Part shown: in pieces, positions 46,314-57,008 of the stretch
How positions within the stretch are numbered: position 1 is the stretch's first letter
Layout of the letters: each line of letters begins with the position of its first letter
NCBI GenBank assembly: GCA_009693165.1
Contig: SHXX01000003.1
Span: forward strand, 2,721 to 66,720
Direction: 5' to 3'
DNA length: 64,000 nucleotides
Origin: Chloroflexota bacterium
GTDB taxonomy: Bacteria > Chloroflexota > UBA11872 > UBA12225
Program-made: the position numbers and the translations under genes
The notes under the pieces: model-generated
Seen by the model: the letters and a program-made list of their open reading frames with translations, nothing else
What the model was told of the DNA's origin: nothing
Database searches by the model: none

Positions 46314-48272
46314 CTAGACGCGTTCGCGGCCGAAGATCTCGACCACGTCCCCAACCCGCGGGTCGGGGCAGTTCTCCAGACCGAGACCACATTCGTACCC
46401 GGCCGCCACTTCACGGACGTCATCCTTGAAGCGACGCAGGGATCCGATGCGCCCGTTGTAAACCACTTCGCCACCACGGATGACCCGCGCCGCTGTCCCG
46501 CGCCGGATGAGGCCGTCGCGAACGAACGCGCCCACAATCGCCTCGCCCTTGCCAGCACGGAACACCGCACGCACTTCGGCATGTCCGAAGACAACCTCGC
46601 GGAATGTCGGTTCCACAAGTCCCCGGAGAGCGGTCTCGAGATCGTCGAGGAGGTTGTAGATGATCTGATACTCACGGATTTCGACACCCTGCGATTCGGC
46701 AAAGGTCTTGACATTCGAGGTTGTGCGCACGTTGAACGCCACAATCACGGCACGTGACGCGACCGCGAGGTTGATGTCGGTATCCGTCGGCGCACCCACG
46801 GCGTCGTACAGAACGCGCAAGGTAGTCCCCGTCACGCTTCCGCCGACCTTTTCCAAGGCACCGCGGATTGCCTCAACCGACCCCTGCACGTCTGCCTTGA
46901 GGATGACGTTGAGTTCCTTGACTTCGCCAAGCGAAATCCCCGCGAGGATTTCGTCGAGGCTAAGCCTCCGGCTTCCCGGATCGATCTCGCGGTCCTTGCG
47001 TTGCTTGAGAACGGCACGGAGGGCATGTTCATCAGGCATCACTGTGAAGCGGTCACCGGCAGCCGGAACCTCTTCCAGTCCAGTGATTTCAACCGGTGTG
47101 GACGGTCCGGCCTCGCGCAAGCGTTCACCACGGAAGTCCGCCATCGCCCGGATGCGCCCGCCGGTCTTGTCAACACAGACCCAGTCGCCAACACGCAACG
47201 TGCCATTCTGCACGAGGATCGTCGCGACCGGACCACGGCTGCGATCAACCCGTGCCTCGATGATCGAACCGGTCGCCGAGGTCTCAGGATCGGCCGTTGG
47301 TTCGGCGATATCGGTGACCAGGAGAATCATCTCCAGCAAGTCATCAAGCCCGAGTTTCTGCAGGGCCGAAACTTCGACGGTCTCGACCTCACCACCCCAT
47401 CCGGTGACAAGAACGCCGTGATCGGCCAGCTGCTGCTTCACACGCTCGGGGCGGGCATTGGCACGGTCAATCTTATTGATGGCGATGATGAACGGCACCT
47501 GGGCTGCCCGGGCATGCTGGATTGACTCGACGGTCTGGGGCATCACACCGTCATCAGCGGCAACCACGATGATCGCAAGGTCAGTGACCTGGGCGCCACG
47601 TGCACGCATCGCCGTGAAGGCCGCATGGCCCGGGGTGTCAATGAAGGTGATCTTCCGCCCCTGCTGCTCAACCTGGTAGGCACCGATATGCTGGGTGATG
47701 CCTCCGGCCTCGCCCTCGGCCACATGCGCCTCGCGCAGTGCATCAAGGAGGGAAGTCTTGCCATGGTCGACATGTCCCATGATGGTGACCACCGGCGGAC
47801 GCGACACGAGTTCGCCATCGTCGCCGAAGTGATCAACATGCTCAGCAACCGGCGCGGGTGCGGTGACCGCCGCCACTGGCATGGACCGGATTGGCGTGAC
47901 CGGTGTGCCCGTTGCCTCAGCTTCTGCAACCTGCGCGGCGCGTTCCTCAGCGGAAATCACGGTGAACCCAAGGGCCTCAGCAATTGCCTGGCTTGCATCG
48001 TGTTCAAGCAGGTTGTTGATCGTCGAGGAGATGCCCTTCTGGAGCAACGCCTTTATGATCTGCGCGGGTGGCGTGTTAAGTGTGGTGGCAAGGTCGACCA
48101 CACTGATCGACGGTGGCAGTGTTACCACCTGTGAGGCGAGAGCAAGGTTGCTTTCGCGAGACCCATACGAACCGGGACCGCCCGGACGAGAACCGCTACC
48201 GGGACGTCCGCCCCGTGCCCCGCCGCCTGGGCGTCCGCGCCCGCGTGAACCACCGCCTCGGAACCTGCTCAT
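46314..48272 (-). CDS. infB: Translation initiation factor IF-2
   Basis: Gly/Arg-rich N-terminus. G-domain [22 protein letters not shown] and NKID. C-terminal IF2 beta-barrels. Confidence 0.9.
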   Translation of the reverse strand: MSRFRGGGSRGRGRPGGGARGGRPGSGSRPGGPGSYGSRESNLALASQVVTLPPSISVVDLATTLNTPPAQIIKALLQKGISSTINNLLEHDASQAIAEALGFTVISAEERAAQVAEAEATGTPVTPIRSMPVAAVTAPAPVAEHVDHFGDDGELVSRPPVVTIMGHVDHGKTSLLDALREAHVAEGEAGGITQHIGAYQVEQQGRKITFIDTPGHAAFTAMRARGAQVTDLAIIVVAADDGVMPQTVESIQHARAAQVPFIIAINKIDRANARPERVKQQLADHGVLVTGWGGEVETVEVSALQKLGLDDLLEMILLVTDIAEPTADPETSATGSIIEARVDRSRGPVATILVQNGTLRVGDWVCVDKTGGRIRAMADFRGERLREAGPSTPVEITGLEEVPAAGDRFTVMPDEHALRAVLKQRKDREIDPGSRRLSLDEILAGISLGEVKELNVILKADVQGSVEAIRGALEKVGGSVTGTTLRVLYDAVGAPTDTDINLAVASRAVIVAFNVRTTSNVKTFAESQGVEIREYQIIYNLLDDLETALRGLVEPTFREVVFGHAEVRAVFRAGKGEAIVGAFVRDGLIRRGTAARVIRGGEVVYNGRIGSLRRFKDDVREVAAGYECGLGLENCPDPRVGDVVEIFGRERV

Positions 48273-48372
48273 ATTCGCCGTTTCCTAACTTTCCGTACCG
48301 TCGGCCGGTCATGCCGTCGATGATCCCCGCGAGCTTCCAGATCAGCCTCGTGCTCGACAGAAGGGCGGACCG

Positions 48373-48972
48373 CTATGCCCGACCGCCGCCCACCGGACCA
48401 GGTTTGACCGTCGCCGGTTTCACCCCTCCACCCCGTCCCTGCCGACGTGATCCTCGCGGCGTCGACGTCCCGGTGGCTACCCGGGCAGCGACCGCTGCCA
48501 AGGGCACCGCGGCGACACCGGCATCGCCTGCAACCAATCGGTCGCGAAACTCCTGAAGCGCGGCGAGGTCGTCCCCTCCCACCACCGTCTTCAGCGCACC
48601 ATTGAGTGTCTGCCGCTTGAATGACACGTCCCAGCACGCGGGATCCGCATGGAGGTACGCACCACGCCCGTTTTTCCGACCAGTCAGATCCACCTCAACC
48701 GGTCCTGCTACCGTTCGCACTACCCGGACCAACTCGCGCTTGCCCGCCGTCTCACGACAGGCGACGCAGGTTCGCTCCGGAACACGACGGGTCCTCACAC
48801 CCGTCGACGGTCGTGACCGCGGGCGAGGACCGGACACGCGCGATGCCGGTTTCCCAGAGGCCGGTGGCTGCCCACCGTCCGCAGGCGCACTCCCGACGCG
48901 TTCCTCAACTGGCACTCCAGTAATGGTACCGCCCTTCCATGCCCGACCGGATCCAAGCCGGATGCCCCGCAA
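48373..48972 (-). CDS. ylxR: YlxR/DUF448 family RNA-binding protein (nusA-infB operon), with N- and C-terminal low-complexity extensions
   Basis: PERTCVACRE...GRGAYLHADPAC core. Total length 199 aa versus about 90 aa typically. The true start may be internal. Confidence 0.65.
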   Translation of the reverse strand: MRGIRLGSGRAWKGGTITGVPVEERVGSAPADGGQPPASGKPASRVSGPRPRSRPSTGVRTRRVPERTCVACRETAGKRELVRVVRTVAGPVEVDLTGRKNGRGAYLHADPACWDVSFKRQTLNGALKTVVGGDDLAALQEFRDRLVAGDAGVAAVPLAAVAARVATGTSTPRGSRRQGRGGGVKPATVKPGPVGGGRA

Positions 48973-48993
48973 AGCGCCGGACCAGGTGTGTGC

Positions 48994-50094
48994 CTATGCG
49001 TCTGTCACGTCCGGGTCGCCGTGGACCTCACCCGCATGTGCCTCGGCAGCAATCGACCCGTCGCCACGGATATCCACCCTCCACCCAGTCAGCTTTGCCG
49101 CCAACCGCGCGTTCAGGCCTTCCTTGCCGATTGCAAGTGACAGCTGCCCATCCGGCACGATAACCGTCGCCGTCCTGGTGGCCTCGTCCACCTGCACATC
49201 AGTCACCCGCGCCGGGCTTAGCGAACTCGCCACGAAACGGGTCGGATCCTCATCCCACCGGATGATGTCGATTCGCTCTCCCGCAAGTTCGTTGACGATG
49301 TTCTGGATGCGCTGCCCGCGTTGACCAACGCACGCGCCAACCGGATCCATCGCCGGGTTCCGGGAGGAAACAGCGACTTTTGAGCGCACCCCTTCTTCAC
49401 GGGCAATCGACTTGATCTCGACACGCCCGTCGAAGATTTCGGGGATTTCCAGCTCCATCAGCCGCCGCACGAAGTTCCGGTTCGCCCGGCTCACGATCAG
49501 CATCGGACCCTTGAGGCTCCGATCGACCTGGGTCAGGTACACCTTGATCCGCTGTCCCATCCGGTGGTGTTCAGTGCGCACTTGTTCGGACACCGGCAAC
49601 AGGCCCTCGGCCTTGCCCCCGGCACCCATTTCCAGGATCGAACCACGCATGTCGGACCGTCGGATTACCCCGGTGACGATGTCGCCGACGCGGTCGATGA
49701 ATTCGGCATAGACCTTGTCGCGCTCGGCGTCCCTGATCCGTTGCAGGATGACTTGCTTCGCAGTCTGTGCGCCGATGCGTCCGAAGTTGGGAGGAGTAAC
49801 CTCCTTCTCAACCGTGGCGCCTTGCCTCGCGCTCTGCTTGAGGATCTGGGCGTCCGCGACGCTAATCTGCGTCAGCGGGTTCTCGACAATGTCGACGACC
49901 TCGTACACCTCATACACCCGGGCATTGCCCGACTGCGGGTCCATGCGGACCGCGATGTTCCGTTCCTCGGTTACCCCGAAGTCCTTCTTGTACGCCGAGG
50001 CAATCGCGACCTCCACCATGTTCAGGAGGTCGTCCTTGTGCAAACCCCGTTCGGCCATCAGTTGTGCGAGGGACGCGGCAAAGTCGCTACGCAT
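48994..50094 (-). CDS. nusA: Transcription termination/antitermination factor NusA
   Basis: ORF 48994..50208. The ATG at 50094 has GGAGGGG upstream. S1 domain and two KH domains (RVAVSSRNPAMDPVGACVGQRGQRIQ). Confidence 0.9.
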   Translation of the reverse strand: MRSDFAASLAQLMAERGLHKDDLLNMVEVAIASAYKKDFGVTEERNIAVRMDPQSGNARVYEVYEVVDIVENPLTQISVADAQILKQSARQGATVEKEVTPPNFGRIGAQTAKQVILQRIRDAERDKVYAEFIDRVGDIVTGVIRRSDMRGSILEMGAGGKAEGLLPVSEQVRTEHHRMGQRIKVYLTQVDRSLKGPMLIVSRANRNFVRRLMELEIPEIFDGRVEIKSIAREEGVRSKVAVSSRNPAMDPVGACVGQRGQRIQNIVNELAGERIDIIRWDEDPTRFVASSLSPARVTDVQVDEATRTATVIVPDGQLSLAIGKEGLNARLAAKLTGWRVDIRGDGSIAAEAHAGEVHGDPDVTDA

Positions 50095-50241
50095 GTTGCC
50101 CCTCCGACATCGTGTGGCACCGCGCCAATCAACCGTGATCCGCCCGACCAAAATGGTCGCAACTTTCGAATCGCCCGGAAAACACGAAAAGCGGGTCTCC
50201 CCGCTCACGTCCGGTCGTGGCTTGCGGCACCAGAGTACTGG

Positions 50242-51456
50242 CTATCCCGGCAAGTATACCACCGCGGTCCTCCGAGTTCCGTCACTGTCGAAGACATGGG
50301 CCTCGTCAGGATCGAACCCAAGATGAACCCGATCACCCCGATTGAGGTCAGCCGTCGCAGGCGCACGGGCGCGCACGACCACCGATACGTCAGCTCCAAC
50401 CTCATTGGTCATCGCTACCGCGCAGGTGACCAGGATCCGTCGGTCGGCAACCACTGGTTCTGTCGCCACGACCCAAGCCGGCACCGCCCCATCACCAGCG
50501 GGCATCAGCCGGACGGCCTCAGGACGCCACCCCAGGATGATCCCGGTTCCCACTGGAAGCTCCGGACGCACCCCAAGCGGGACGCGGACGATCCCCGCTG
50601 GAGCCGAAGTCCTGCCAGCCTCTCGCCACGGCTCGTCCTCGATCGGTGCTGGAGCCGTTGGATCCGGTTCGCTTCCCGGACCGGTCAACCGGATGAACCT
50701 GTCCTCGATCACCCCACGGATCAGGCTCATCGGTGGCGTCCCCAGGAATGTCGCTACAAACGTGTTGAACGGGTGCGCATGCAGGTCTCGGTAGCGCCCG
50801 ATCTGCTCGATTTTCCCGTCACGCATGATCGCAATCCGGTCACCAATCGCCGTTGCCTCGGTTTGGTCGTGGCTCACGTAGACCGCCGTCACCCCGAACC
50901 GGCGAAGGAGACGCTTGATCTCCACACGTGTCTGGGCACGCAACCGGGCATCCAGATTTGAAAGAGGCTCATCAAACAGGAAGACCCGCGGTTCCCGGAT
51001 GATGCACCGCCCAATTGCTACCCGCTGCTGCTGGCCTCCGGACAGCTCACCCGGTTTCCGCTTCAATAACCCCTCGAAATCCGCCCCCATCACATCGCAA
51101 ACCGCCTGAACCCGGTCACCCACCTCGGCATCCAGTCCCCTCAACTTGTAGTAGAAGCCAAGGATTCCCTGTGATTGCATATGTGGATACAGCGCATAGT
51201 TCTGGAACACCATCCCGACACCACGTTCGGCGGGTTCAGTCTGGGTCACATCAAGGCCGTCATAGGCAATCGACCCACCATGCAGGGGTTGGAGACCGGC
51301 AATGGCCCGGAGCAATGTGGTCTTGCCACACCCGGACGGACCGAGGATTGCGATCGCTTCCCCATCAGCGATATTCAGGGAGAGCCCGGCGAGGGCGGTA
51401 TGCCCCTCAAGAAAGACTTCCGCGCCGATGACATCTATCGAGGCCATTGCCTCCAC
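50242..51456 (-). CDS. Sugar ABC transporter ATP-binding protein, MalK/MsiK/UgpC family (orphan ATPase)
   Basis: GPSGCGKTT Walker A, LSGGQQQRVAIGR signature and a C-terminal TOBE-like domain. No permease or SBP genes are adjacent. Confidence 0.85.
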   Translation of the reverse strand: MEAMASIDVIGAEVFLEGHTALAGLSLNIADGEAIAILGPSGCGKTTLLRAIAGLQPLHGGSIAYDGLDVTQTEPAERGVGMVFQNYALYPHMQSQGILGFYYKLRGLDAEVGDRVQAVCDVMGADFEGLLKRKPGELSGGQQQRVAIGRCIIREPRVFLFDEPLSNLDARLRAQTRVEIKRLLRRFGVTAVYVSHDQTEATAIGDRIAIMRDGKIEQIGRYRDLHAHPFNTFVATFLGTPPMSLIRGVIEDRFIRLTGPGSEPDPTAPAPIEDEPWREAGRTSAPAGIVRVPLGVRPELPVGTGIILGWRPEAVRLMPAGDGAVPAWVVATEPVVADRRILVTCAVAMTNEVGADVSVVVRARAPATADLNRGDRVHLGFDPDEAHVFDSDGTRRTAVVYLPG

Positions 51457-51500
51457 CTTCCCGGCCGCGACGCGACCACCCGGACAACGTCGGCCGGCGT

Positions 51501-52370
51501 CTATCCATTCAGCCGTCGGGGGCGACCTCCAAGGCCACGTGCGTCATCCTCGTTGCGTTCATGTCGGGCTGGTGCTTCGTCATGGGGAACCGTCGGGCGG
51601 TAGCCCTCACCGACACTCTCTCCGTCACGGGGAAGGATCCGACCAGTCTCCCGGTAGCGTTCGATCACCGTAACCACCGCCCGCAAATGCATGTTTGCGA
51701 GGATGGCAGGCAGGGCGAATGGCACCAGGATGGCGCCGAGAGGCGCCGCAATCGAGATCAGCACCGCGTTGATCACGAACATCCCGAGCGTCAACCCGAG
51801 GTTGTCCATCGCCACGAATACTGCATTCCGCAGGACAAGCGTCACCTTCTGATCAAGTTCGATCAGCAGCGGAAACAGGTATGGCTGAATGCACCCCCAC
51901 GCAAAGAACGCGTAGGCAAAGAGGATCGCAAGCAGCCAGATGCCGGGCACGTCCGATGTCCAGTAGAACCAGACATTGAGAACTAGCACGACGCCGATGA
52001 AGACATCGACGGTTGCAAGGATCCACGCCCTCCGGAAGTGTGTGCGCACGCCACGCCAGAACCGGGACATCTCAAAGAGGTCGCCTCGCGCAAGTGGCGC
52101 GATTGCCGAATGCAGGCCCGCCAATGCTGGACCAGCGGCGACAAGCGAGAGCAACCCGAAAAAGGTGGCCTGGATTGCAAATGCGACCATCGGGATCATC
52201 GCATCGCCTTCGGAACCGGCGTCCTCTGCGATATAGGTCACTACCCGGAAAGTCACCCACAATGCCGGAACTGTCGGGATGAACCAGATCAGGCTTACGG
52301 CGATCATGCGTGGTAGTTCAAAGTAGAACTCCCCGACCGCCGCCCGGAAATGACGCCATGCTTCCCGCAC
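51501..52370 (-). CDS. DUF624/YesL-like integral membrane protein
   Basis: 289 aa with multiple TM helices and an N-terminal FYFELPRMIAVSLIWFIPTVPALWV pattern. This family is usually found with carbohydrate ABC transporters. Confidence 0.5.
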   Translation of the reverse strand: MREAWRHFRAAVGEFYFELPRMIAVSLIWFIPTVPALWVTFRVVTYIAEDAGSEGDAMIPMVAFAIQATFFGLLSLVAAGPALAGLHSAIAPLARGDLFEMSRFWRGVRTHFRRAWILATVDVFIGVVLVLNVWFYWTSDVPGIWLLAILFAYAFFAWGCIQPYLFPLLIELDQKVTLVLRNAVFVAMDNLGLTLGMFVINAVLISIAAPLGAILVPFALPAILANMHLRAVVTVIERYRETGRILPRDGESVGEGYRPTVPHDEAPARHERNEDDARGLGGRPRRLNG

Positions 52371-52554
52371 CGACGATGCCCCCTTGCAACCCGGATGGCG
52401 TCACTTGCGGCCACCCGGAATGCCGTTCGTGTCAGAAAGGGTCGCGCATCAGACCCACCCGGACACGATCGACCCGGAACCCAAGGATACGCGCCCATTC
52501 AGGCACACACCCTTTTGGATTGGGTTCCATGGTGGCTGACGCGCGTCAGGCGGT

Positions 52555-53679
52555 TCAGGCGAGGTCCGGTTCCAGACGGACACCCGACACCGGGATCGGC
52601 GTAAACAGCCGCTTTGCCCCCGCCGCCAGAAGTGCCTCCCCCAAGCGTTCGGGATCCGGATGCAGCGCAATGATCGTCCCACCGTGGCCCGCACCCGCCA
52701 GCTTCGCGCCGTAGGCACCGGCATCAAGCGCGACGCCTATCAGATGTTCGTTCGAAGGGCCCGAACCACCGAGCGACCTTTGGATTGCGTGGTTCTCATT
52801 CATGAGCGCCCCAAGTCGCGCCCAGCATTCCTCGATCAATGCCCGCTTGCCTTCACGCGCGATTTCACCGATCCGGACGTACGCCTGCCGGACTTCCGGA
52901 TCGCCTTCAAGCCAGCGCTCACGGATTGGGCGGTGTACCGCACCCGAATGGTGGACGACGCCAGTGTTCGCGAGGACTAACGGCAGCCGGGGCAGGTGTC
53001 CCATCCACGAGGCCAACGGTTCGACAGTCGCGTAGACCATCGCTTCAGTCGACCGGTCGAACGCCTTGTCACGGAAGTCCATGGCGTTCAGGCCACCGAA
53101 CGTTGCCATGTAGTGGTCCTGAAATCCGCAAGTCACACCCAGTGACCGCAACTCGATCTCACGCGCCAGTTCAGCCGTCTCGTAGACGCCAAGGGTCGGT
53201 CCGAGATAGGTGGTGATCGCCTTGACCGTGGCGACCACCATCGCGGTTGAGCCGGACATTCCGGCACCGAACGGCAGTTCACTCCAACACTTCATGTGAA
53301 CGTCAAGCGGCCAGATACCGAGATGCCGGATCGCTGCCCGGAAGATGTCCGTGTGGGTCGAGGCAGGCGCAAGGTCGGCCACGTCGCGGATCACGACTGC
53401 TCCGTCGTCAGCCTCGAGAATGAGTTCTGACGCCGGTTCAATGCTTACGAACGCACGCATCGGGACAGTACAGGACACCACGGTGCCCCCATACATATCG
53501 GTCGGGTTCCCGACAATGCCGCACCTGCCAGGGGCCGAAGCCACCACCCGCGTGTGACGCTTCACCACTGCAGACGCAGACCTAAATGCGCGAAGCACAC
53601 CATCGGCCGCGTCAAGCCCCCAAAATGCAGTGTCGCCATCCACTCGCCCGCCCGATTCGCGTTGCCGAACCTGACCCAT
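52555..53679 (-). CDS. GHMP-family sugar kinase
   Basis: LPFGAGMSGSTAMVVA (GHMP ATP-binding motif) and a C-terminal GAKLAGAGHGGTIIAL motif. Confidence 0.7.
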   Translation of the reverse strand: MGQVRQRESGGRVDGDTAFWGLDAADGVLRAFRSASAVVKRHTRVVASAPGRCGIVGNPTDMYGGTVVSCTVPMRAFVSIEPASELILEADDGAVVIRDVADLAPASTHTDIFRAAIRHLGIWPLDVHMKCWSELPFGAGMSGSTAMVVATVKAITTYLGPTLGVYETAELAREIELRSLGVTCGFQDHYMATFGGLNAMDFRDKAFDRSTEAMVYATVEPLASWMGHLPRLPLVLANTGVVHHSGAVHRPIRERWLEGDPEVRQAYVRIGEIAREGKRALIEECWARLGALMNENHAIQRSLGGSGPSNEHLIGVALDAGAYGAKLAGAGHGGTIIALHPDPERLGEALLAAGAKRLFTPIPVSGVRLEPDLA

Positions 53680-53783
53680 CTGTTCTCAACCCATTCCTCA
53701 CGGGCGATGGTATCGCCTGCAAGTGATGCCGTGGTGCAAGAACGGTCCGGACACGCCGGGGGTCGCGCCTATAATTCCATGAG

Positions 53784-54869
53784 GTGACCATGCGTAATCC
53801 GGGAAGCAACGCACGCCCCGGCTCTTCCCGTCCCAGATCAAGCACCCCGCCAACGGGGAAGCGAAGCGTCTTGCAACCTGGGGCAATCGGGTCGGACGAA
53901 CGGCGGGCACGAACGTCAGCGCCACCTACATCCCCGCAGTCCAGCCGATCGGTCAACTCGACTAGGCGTGCGCCCGGAGGAAGCACCGCTCCCAGACCTG
54001 GAAACATTCCCCACAGGAACCCACTTGCGGACGAAGGCGCTCCCCCACCGCGTCTGCAGCAGGTCCTTGCGCGTGCAGGCGTCTCATCGCGCCGTGATGC
54101 CGAGGATCTGATCACCGCAGGTCGGGTTCAGGTGGACGGGGTTACCATCCGGGAACTCGGTACACGGGCAGATCCGGTACGCCACCAGATCACCGTGGAC
54201 GGACGGCCGATCAGCGTCGCCACCGTCGCCCGATACTTCGCGCTGAACAAGCCCCGTGGGTACCTCTCGACGGTCGACGACCCGTTCGGACGGCCAACCG
54301 TGATGGAACTCGTGCCACCGGCGCCGGGTCTCTTCCCTGTCGGTCGTCTCGATGAGGAGAGTGAGGGGCTGCTGCTGTTCACCACCGACGGCGAGTGGGC
54401 GCACCGCGTGACCCACCCCAAGTTCGGGTGTACTAAGGAATACGACGTCGAGGTGTATGGAACACCACCCCGCGATATCATGGAGACCCTGCGTGCACCA
54501 CTCGAGATCGGTCCGGGTGACCGGTCGACCGGTGCCGAAGTTGATGTGATTGCCAATACGGGACGCAACACCCGATTGCGCATCATCCTCCATGAGGGAC
54601 GGAACCGTCAGATACGTCGCATGTGCGAAGCCGTCGGCCTGAGTGTGGTCAGCCTGGTGCGCGTCCGCGTCGGCGGTGTCCGCCTAGGTTCACTACCGGT
54701 CGGACAATGGCGCACGCTCACATCAAATGAAGTCGAAACGGTGTCGACCACCCCCGCGCCCCGGCGTGGGAAGGCAACTACTTCGCGACGCCGTCCTCCC
54801 GGTGCAAGACGAGCCATCGCCGCACCACCGGATCGCCGACCGGCGTGGGGTGAACGAAGGCCATCGTGA
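53784..54869 (+). CDS. rluB: 23S rRNA pseudouridine synthase RluB/RsuA family with S4 domain and Ser/Pro/Arg-rich terminal extensions
   Basis: S4 domain (LQQVLARAGVSSRRDAEDLITAGRVQVDG) and the catalytic GRLDEESEGLLLFTTDG motif. The N-terminus has about 85 aa of low complexity, so the start is uncertain. Confidence 0.8.
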   Translation: MTMRNPGSNARPGSSRPRSSTPPTGKRSVLQPGAIGSDERRARTSAPPTSPQSSRSVNSTRRAPGGSTAPRPGNIPHRNPLADEGAPPPRLQQVLARAGVSSRRDAEDLITAGRVQVDGVTIRELGTRADPVRHQITVDGRPISVATVARYFALNKPRGYLSTVDDPFGRPTVMELVPPAPGLFPVGRLDEESEGLLLFTTDGEWAHRVTHPKFGCTKEYDVEVYGTPPRDIMETLRAPLEIGPGDRSTGAEVDVIANTGRNTRLRIILHEGRNRQIRRMCEAVGLSVVSLVRVRVGGVRLGSLPVGQWRTLTSNEVETVSTTPAPRRGKATTSRRRPPGARRAIAAPPDRRPAWGERRPS

Positions 54870-55582
54870 ACGCCCATCTTGTAATCGCCATCGACGGCCC
54901 GGCAGGTGCCGGAAAATCGGTTTTCGGTGCCGCTTTGGCAAGTGTCCTTCAGGCAATGTGCATAGATAGCGGCATCGTCTACCGAGCCGTAACGTGGATT
55001 GCCCTTGCACGGGGCCTCGACCCTGACGACGACACCACACTCAGTCCAGTGGCCGCGTCGATGAACCTCCAGATCGTCCCGCCGACAGTCCAGGATGGCA
55101 GGCAGTTCACCATCCTCATTGACACTGAGGATGTCACCTGGGCACTTCGCACGCCGGAAATCGACCGGACGGTGTCGCGCCCCTCCGCACTGCCAGGAGT
55201 GCGACGCGCCGTCACTGAACAGCTGCGGCACCTTGCGCGGGAATCCCGTGTCGTCATGGTCGGACGCGACATCGGCACGGTGGTTCTGCCGGAAGCCGAC
55301 GTCAAGTTCTACGTCACTGCCACTCCTGAAACGCGCGCGCGCCGACGCGCCGACGAACTCCACGCCCGAGGACAGGAGGCTGACGTCGCAGATATCCTGC
55401 GAAGCATCATTGAACGCGACGCGCGGGATTCCGGACGGGCAACCGCACCACTTCGCCCGGCGCACGATGCCGTCCACATAGAAACTGACAACCTGACGGT
55501 CGATGTCGAGGTTGCCTTCGCACTTGATGTGGTGAAACGCTGCCTGCGTTCCGCGACGGCGCCGGAAACCAACGATGTCTAG
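54866..55582 (+). CDS. cmk: Cytidylate kinase
   Basis: IAIDGPAGAGKS P-loop. The ATG overlaps the rluB stop. Confidence 0.9.
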   Translation: MNAHLVIAIDGPAGAGKSVFGAALASVLQAMCIDSGIVYRAVTWIALARGLDPDDDTTLSPVAASMNLQIVPPTVQDGRQFTILIDTEDVTWALRTPEIDRTVSRPSALPGVRRAVTEQLRHLARESRVVMVGRDIGTVVLPEADVKFYVTATPETRARRRADELHARGQEADVADILRSIIERDARDSGRATAPLRPAHDAVHIETDNLTVDVEVAFALDVVKRCLRSATAPETNDV

Positions 55583-56312
55583 AACCGAGCCTACATCCAT
55601 GGGCTCCGAACCAGGTAGTCCGCCACCTCAAACCGGGAATGTTCCGGCCGGCATCGTTCCGAAAGCCCGTGGCTTCCGCGACGGCGACCCGTTCTTCATA
55701 TTTACTCAGTACGTCGTTGGTGGGGTTCTCCGGGCCGCGTCACGGATCGTCCTAGAGGACCTCAATCGCTCTCCCACGCCTGACAAGGGCCCGTTGATCC
55801 TGGCAAGCAGCCATCTCGCCTACGCCGACATCCCGCTACTCGGCGCGTTCATGCCTCGACCGCCGATCTTCTTCTCGAAGTCTGAGGTGGAAAGTTGGCC
55901 GGTCCTTGGTGCCGTTGGCGCCCGCTACGGAACGATTTACGTCCGGCGGGGAGAAGCCGACCGCCAGGCAATCCGGGATGCACTCGCTTGCCTGGCGGCG
56001 CGACAGATGCTCACCATTTTCCCTGAAGGTCACCGCAACAAGGGACGCGGGTTGCTTCAGGCGCAGCCGGGAATCAGCTTGATGGCCCTGCGCGGTGGCG
56101 CGTCCGTGTGGCCAGTCGCGATCGACGGCAGTCACCTGATCTTCAATCGGCTGCGCCCCACGGTCTCGATCCGCGGTGGCGAACCGTTCAACCCACGCGA
56201 TCTGCTCGGGTCAGAAGGCAAGACCCTCCGCGACCATCAGGAACTTGCCCATATCATCATGCGCCGCATCCGGGATCTCCTGCCGGCAAGTGCACACGGC
56301 GTATATGCCTGA
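55575..56312 (+). CDS. plsC: 1-acyl-sn-glycerol-3-phosphate acyltransferase
   Basis: HLAYADIP (HX4D) and FPEGHR motifs. It overlaps the cmk stop by 8 nt. Confidence 0.8.
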   Translation: MSRTEPTSMGSEPGSPPPQTGNVPAGIVPKARGFRDGDPFFIFTQYVVGGVLRAASRIVLEDLNRSPTPDKGPLILASSHLAYADIPLLGAFMPRPPIFFSKSEVESWPVLGAVGARYGTIYVRRGEADRQAIRDALACLAARQMLTIFPEGHRNKGRGLLQAQPGISLMALRGGASVWPVAIDGSHLIFNRLRPTVSIRGGEPFNPRDLLGSEGKTLRDHQELAHIIMRRIRDLLPASAHGVYA

Positions 56313-56467
56313 CACGTTGATCGATCTCAGGCCGCCACGAGCTAACCTTGGCGTCACACGAAAATGCCCGGTAACGTAACACTACCGGACATCACGAGTG
56401 CGTTATTCAACGTGACCGGCTAACCGTGCCCACTCGGGCTACACACGCCAAATTAGGAAGTTTGGAC

Positions 56468-56773
56468 TTAGAGCCAACCCTTGCGAAGCGCGCTGGCGAG
56501 GGCCTGTTCGGTGGTGCGGGCTGCCAACTTGGCGTGGATCACGCGAATGTGGTTGTGGATCGTCCCAACGCTAATGCCCCACTCAACCGCCAGTTCGGCG
56601 CGGGTGGAACCCTCGGCAAGGGCGGAAAGCAACTGACGTTCGCGGGGGCTAAGTGGTGATGGCTGGGTAACCGTTGCGGCTGCTGACTTTCCCACGTGCT
56701 TCTTCTCCTCAGAAGGAGCGTTCGCAGACATTCTCCTGCGACACGCCTTTTGAGTGTAGCACGATCTGCGCAT
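56468..56773 (-). CDS. LuxR/GerE-family helix-turn-helix transcriptional regulator (stand-alone HTH)
   Basis: SPRERQLLSALAEGSTRAELAVEWGISVGTIHNHIRVIHAKL matches the LuxR-type HTH. There is no receiver or ligand domain. The start is either 56773 or 56731. Confidence 0.7.
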   Translation of the reverse strand: MRRSCYTQKACRRRMSANAPSEEKKHVGKSAAATVTQPSPLSPRERQLLSALAEGSTRAELAVEWGISVGTIHNHIRVIHAKLAARTTEQALASALRKGWL

Positions 56774-57008
56774 GCTTGCCCATCATTCTTGCGCCCGCCA
56801 GACCAAATGGTAGCCGTTTTGTAACCGGTCTGACACATCGTACCAGCCACACGCGTGCAACTCCGCCATCATCGCGGCTACCGGTACTGCGTAGTGGTGA
56901 ATCTGCAACCGACGCGCAACCCGTGAATGCCGCATATCACGGCCGCGCAACGCATCAACTTGCGGGACTGAAACATATGTTCTATTCTTGGGTGAGGGGG
57001 GACAGACC

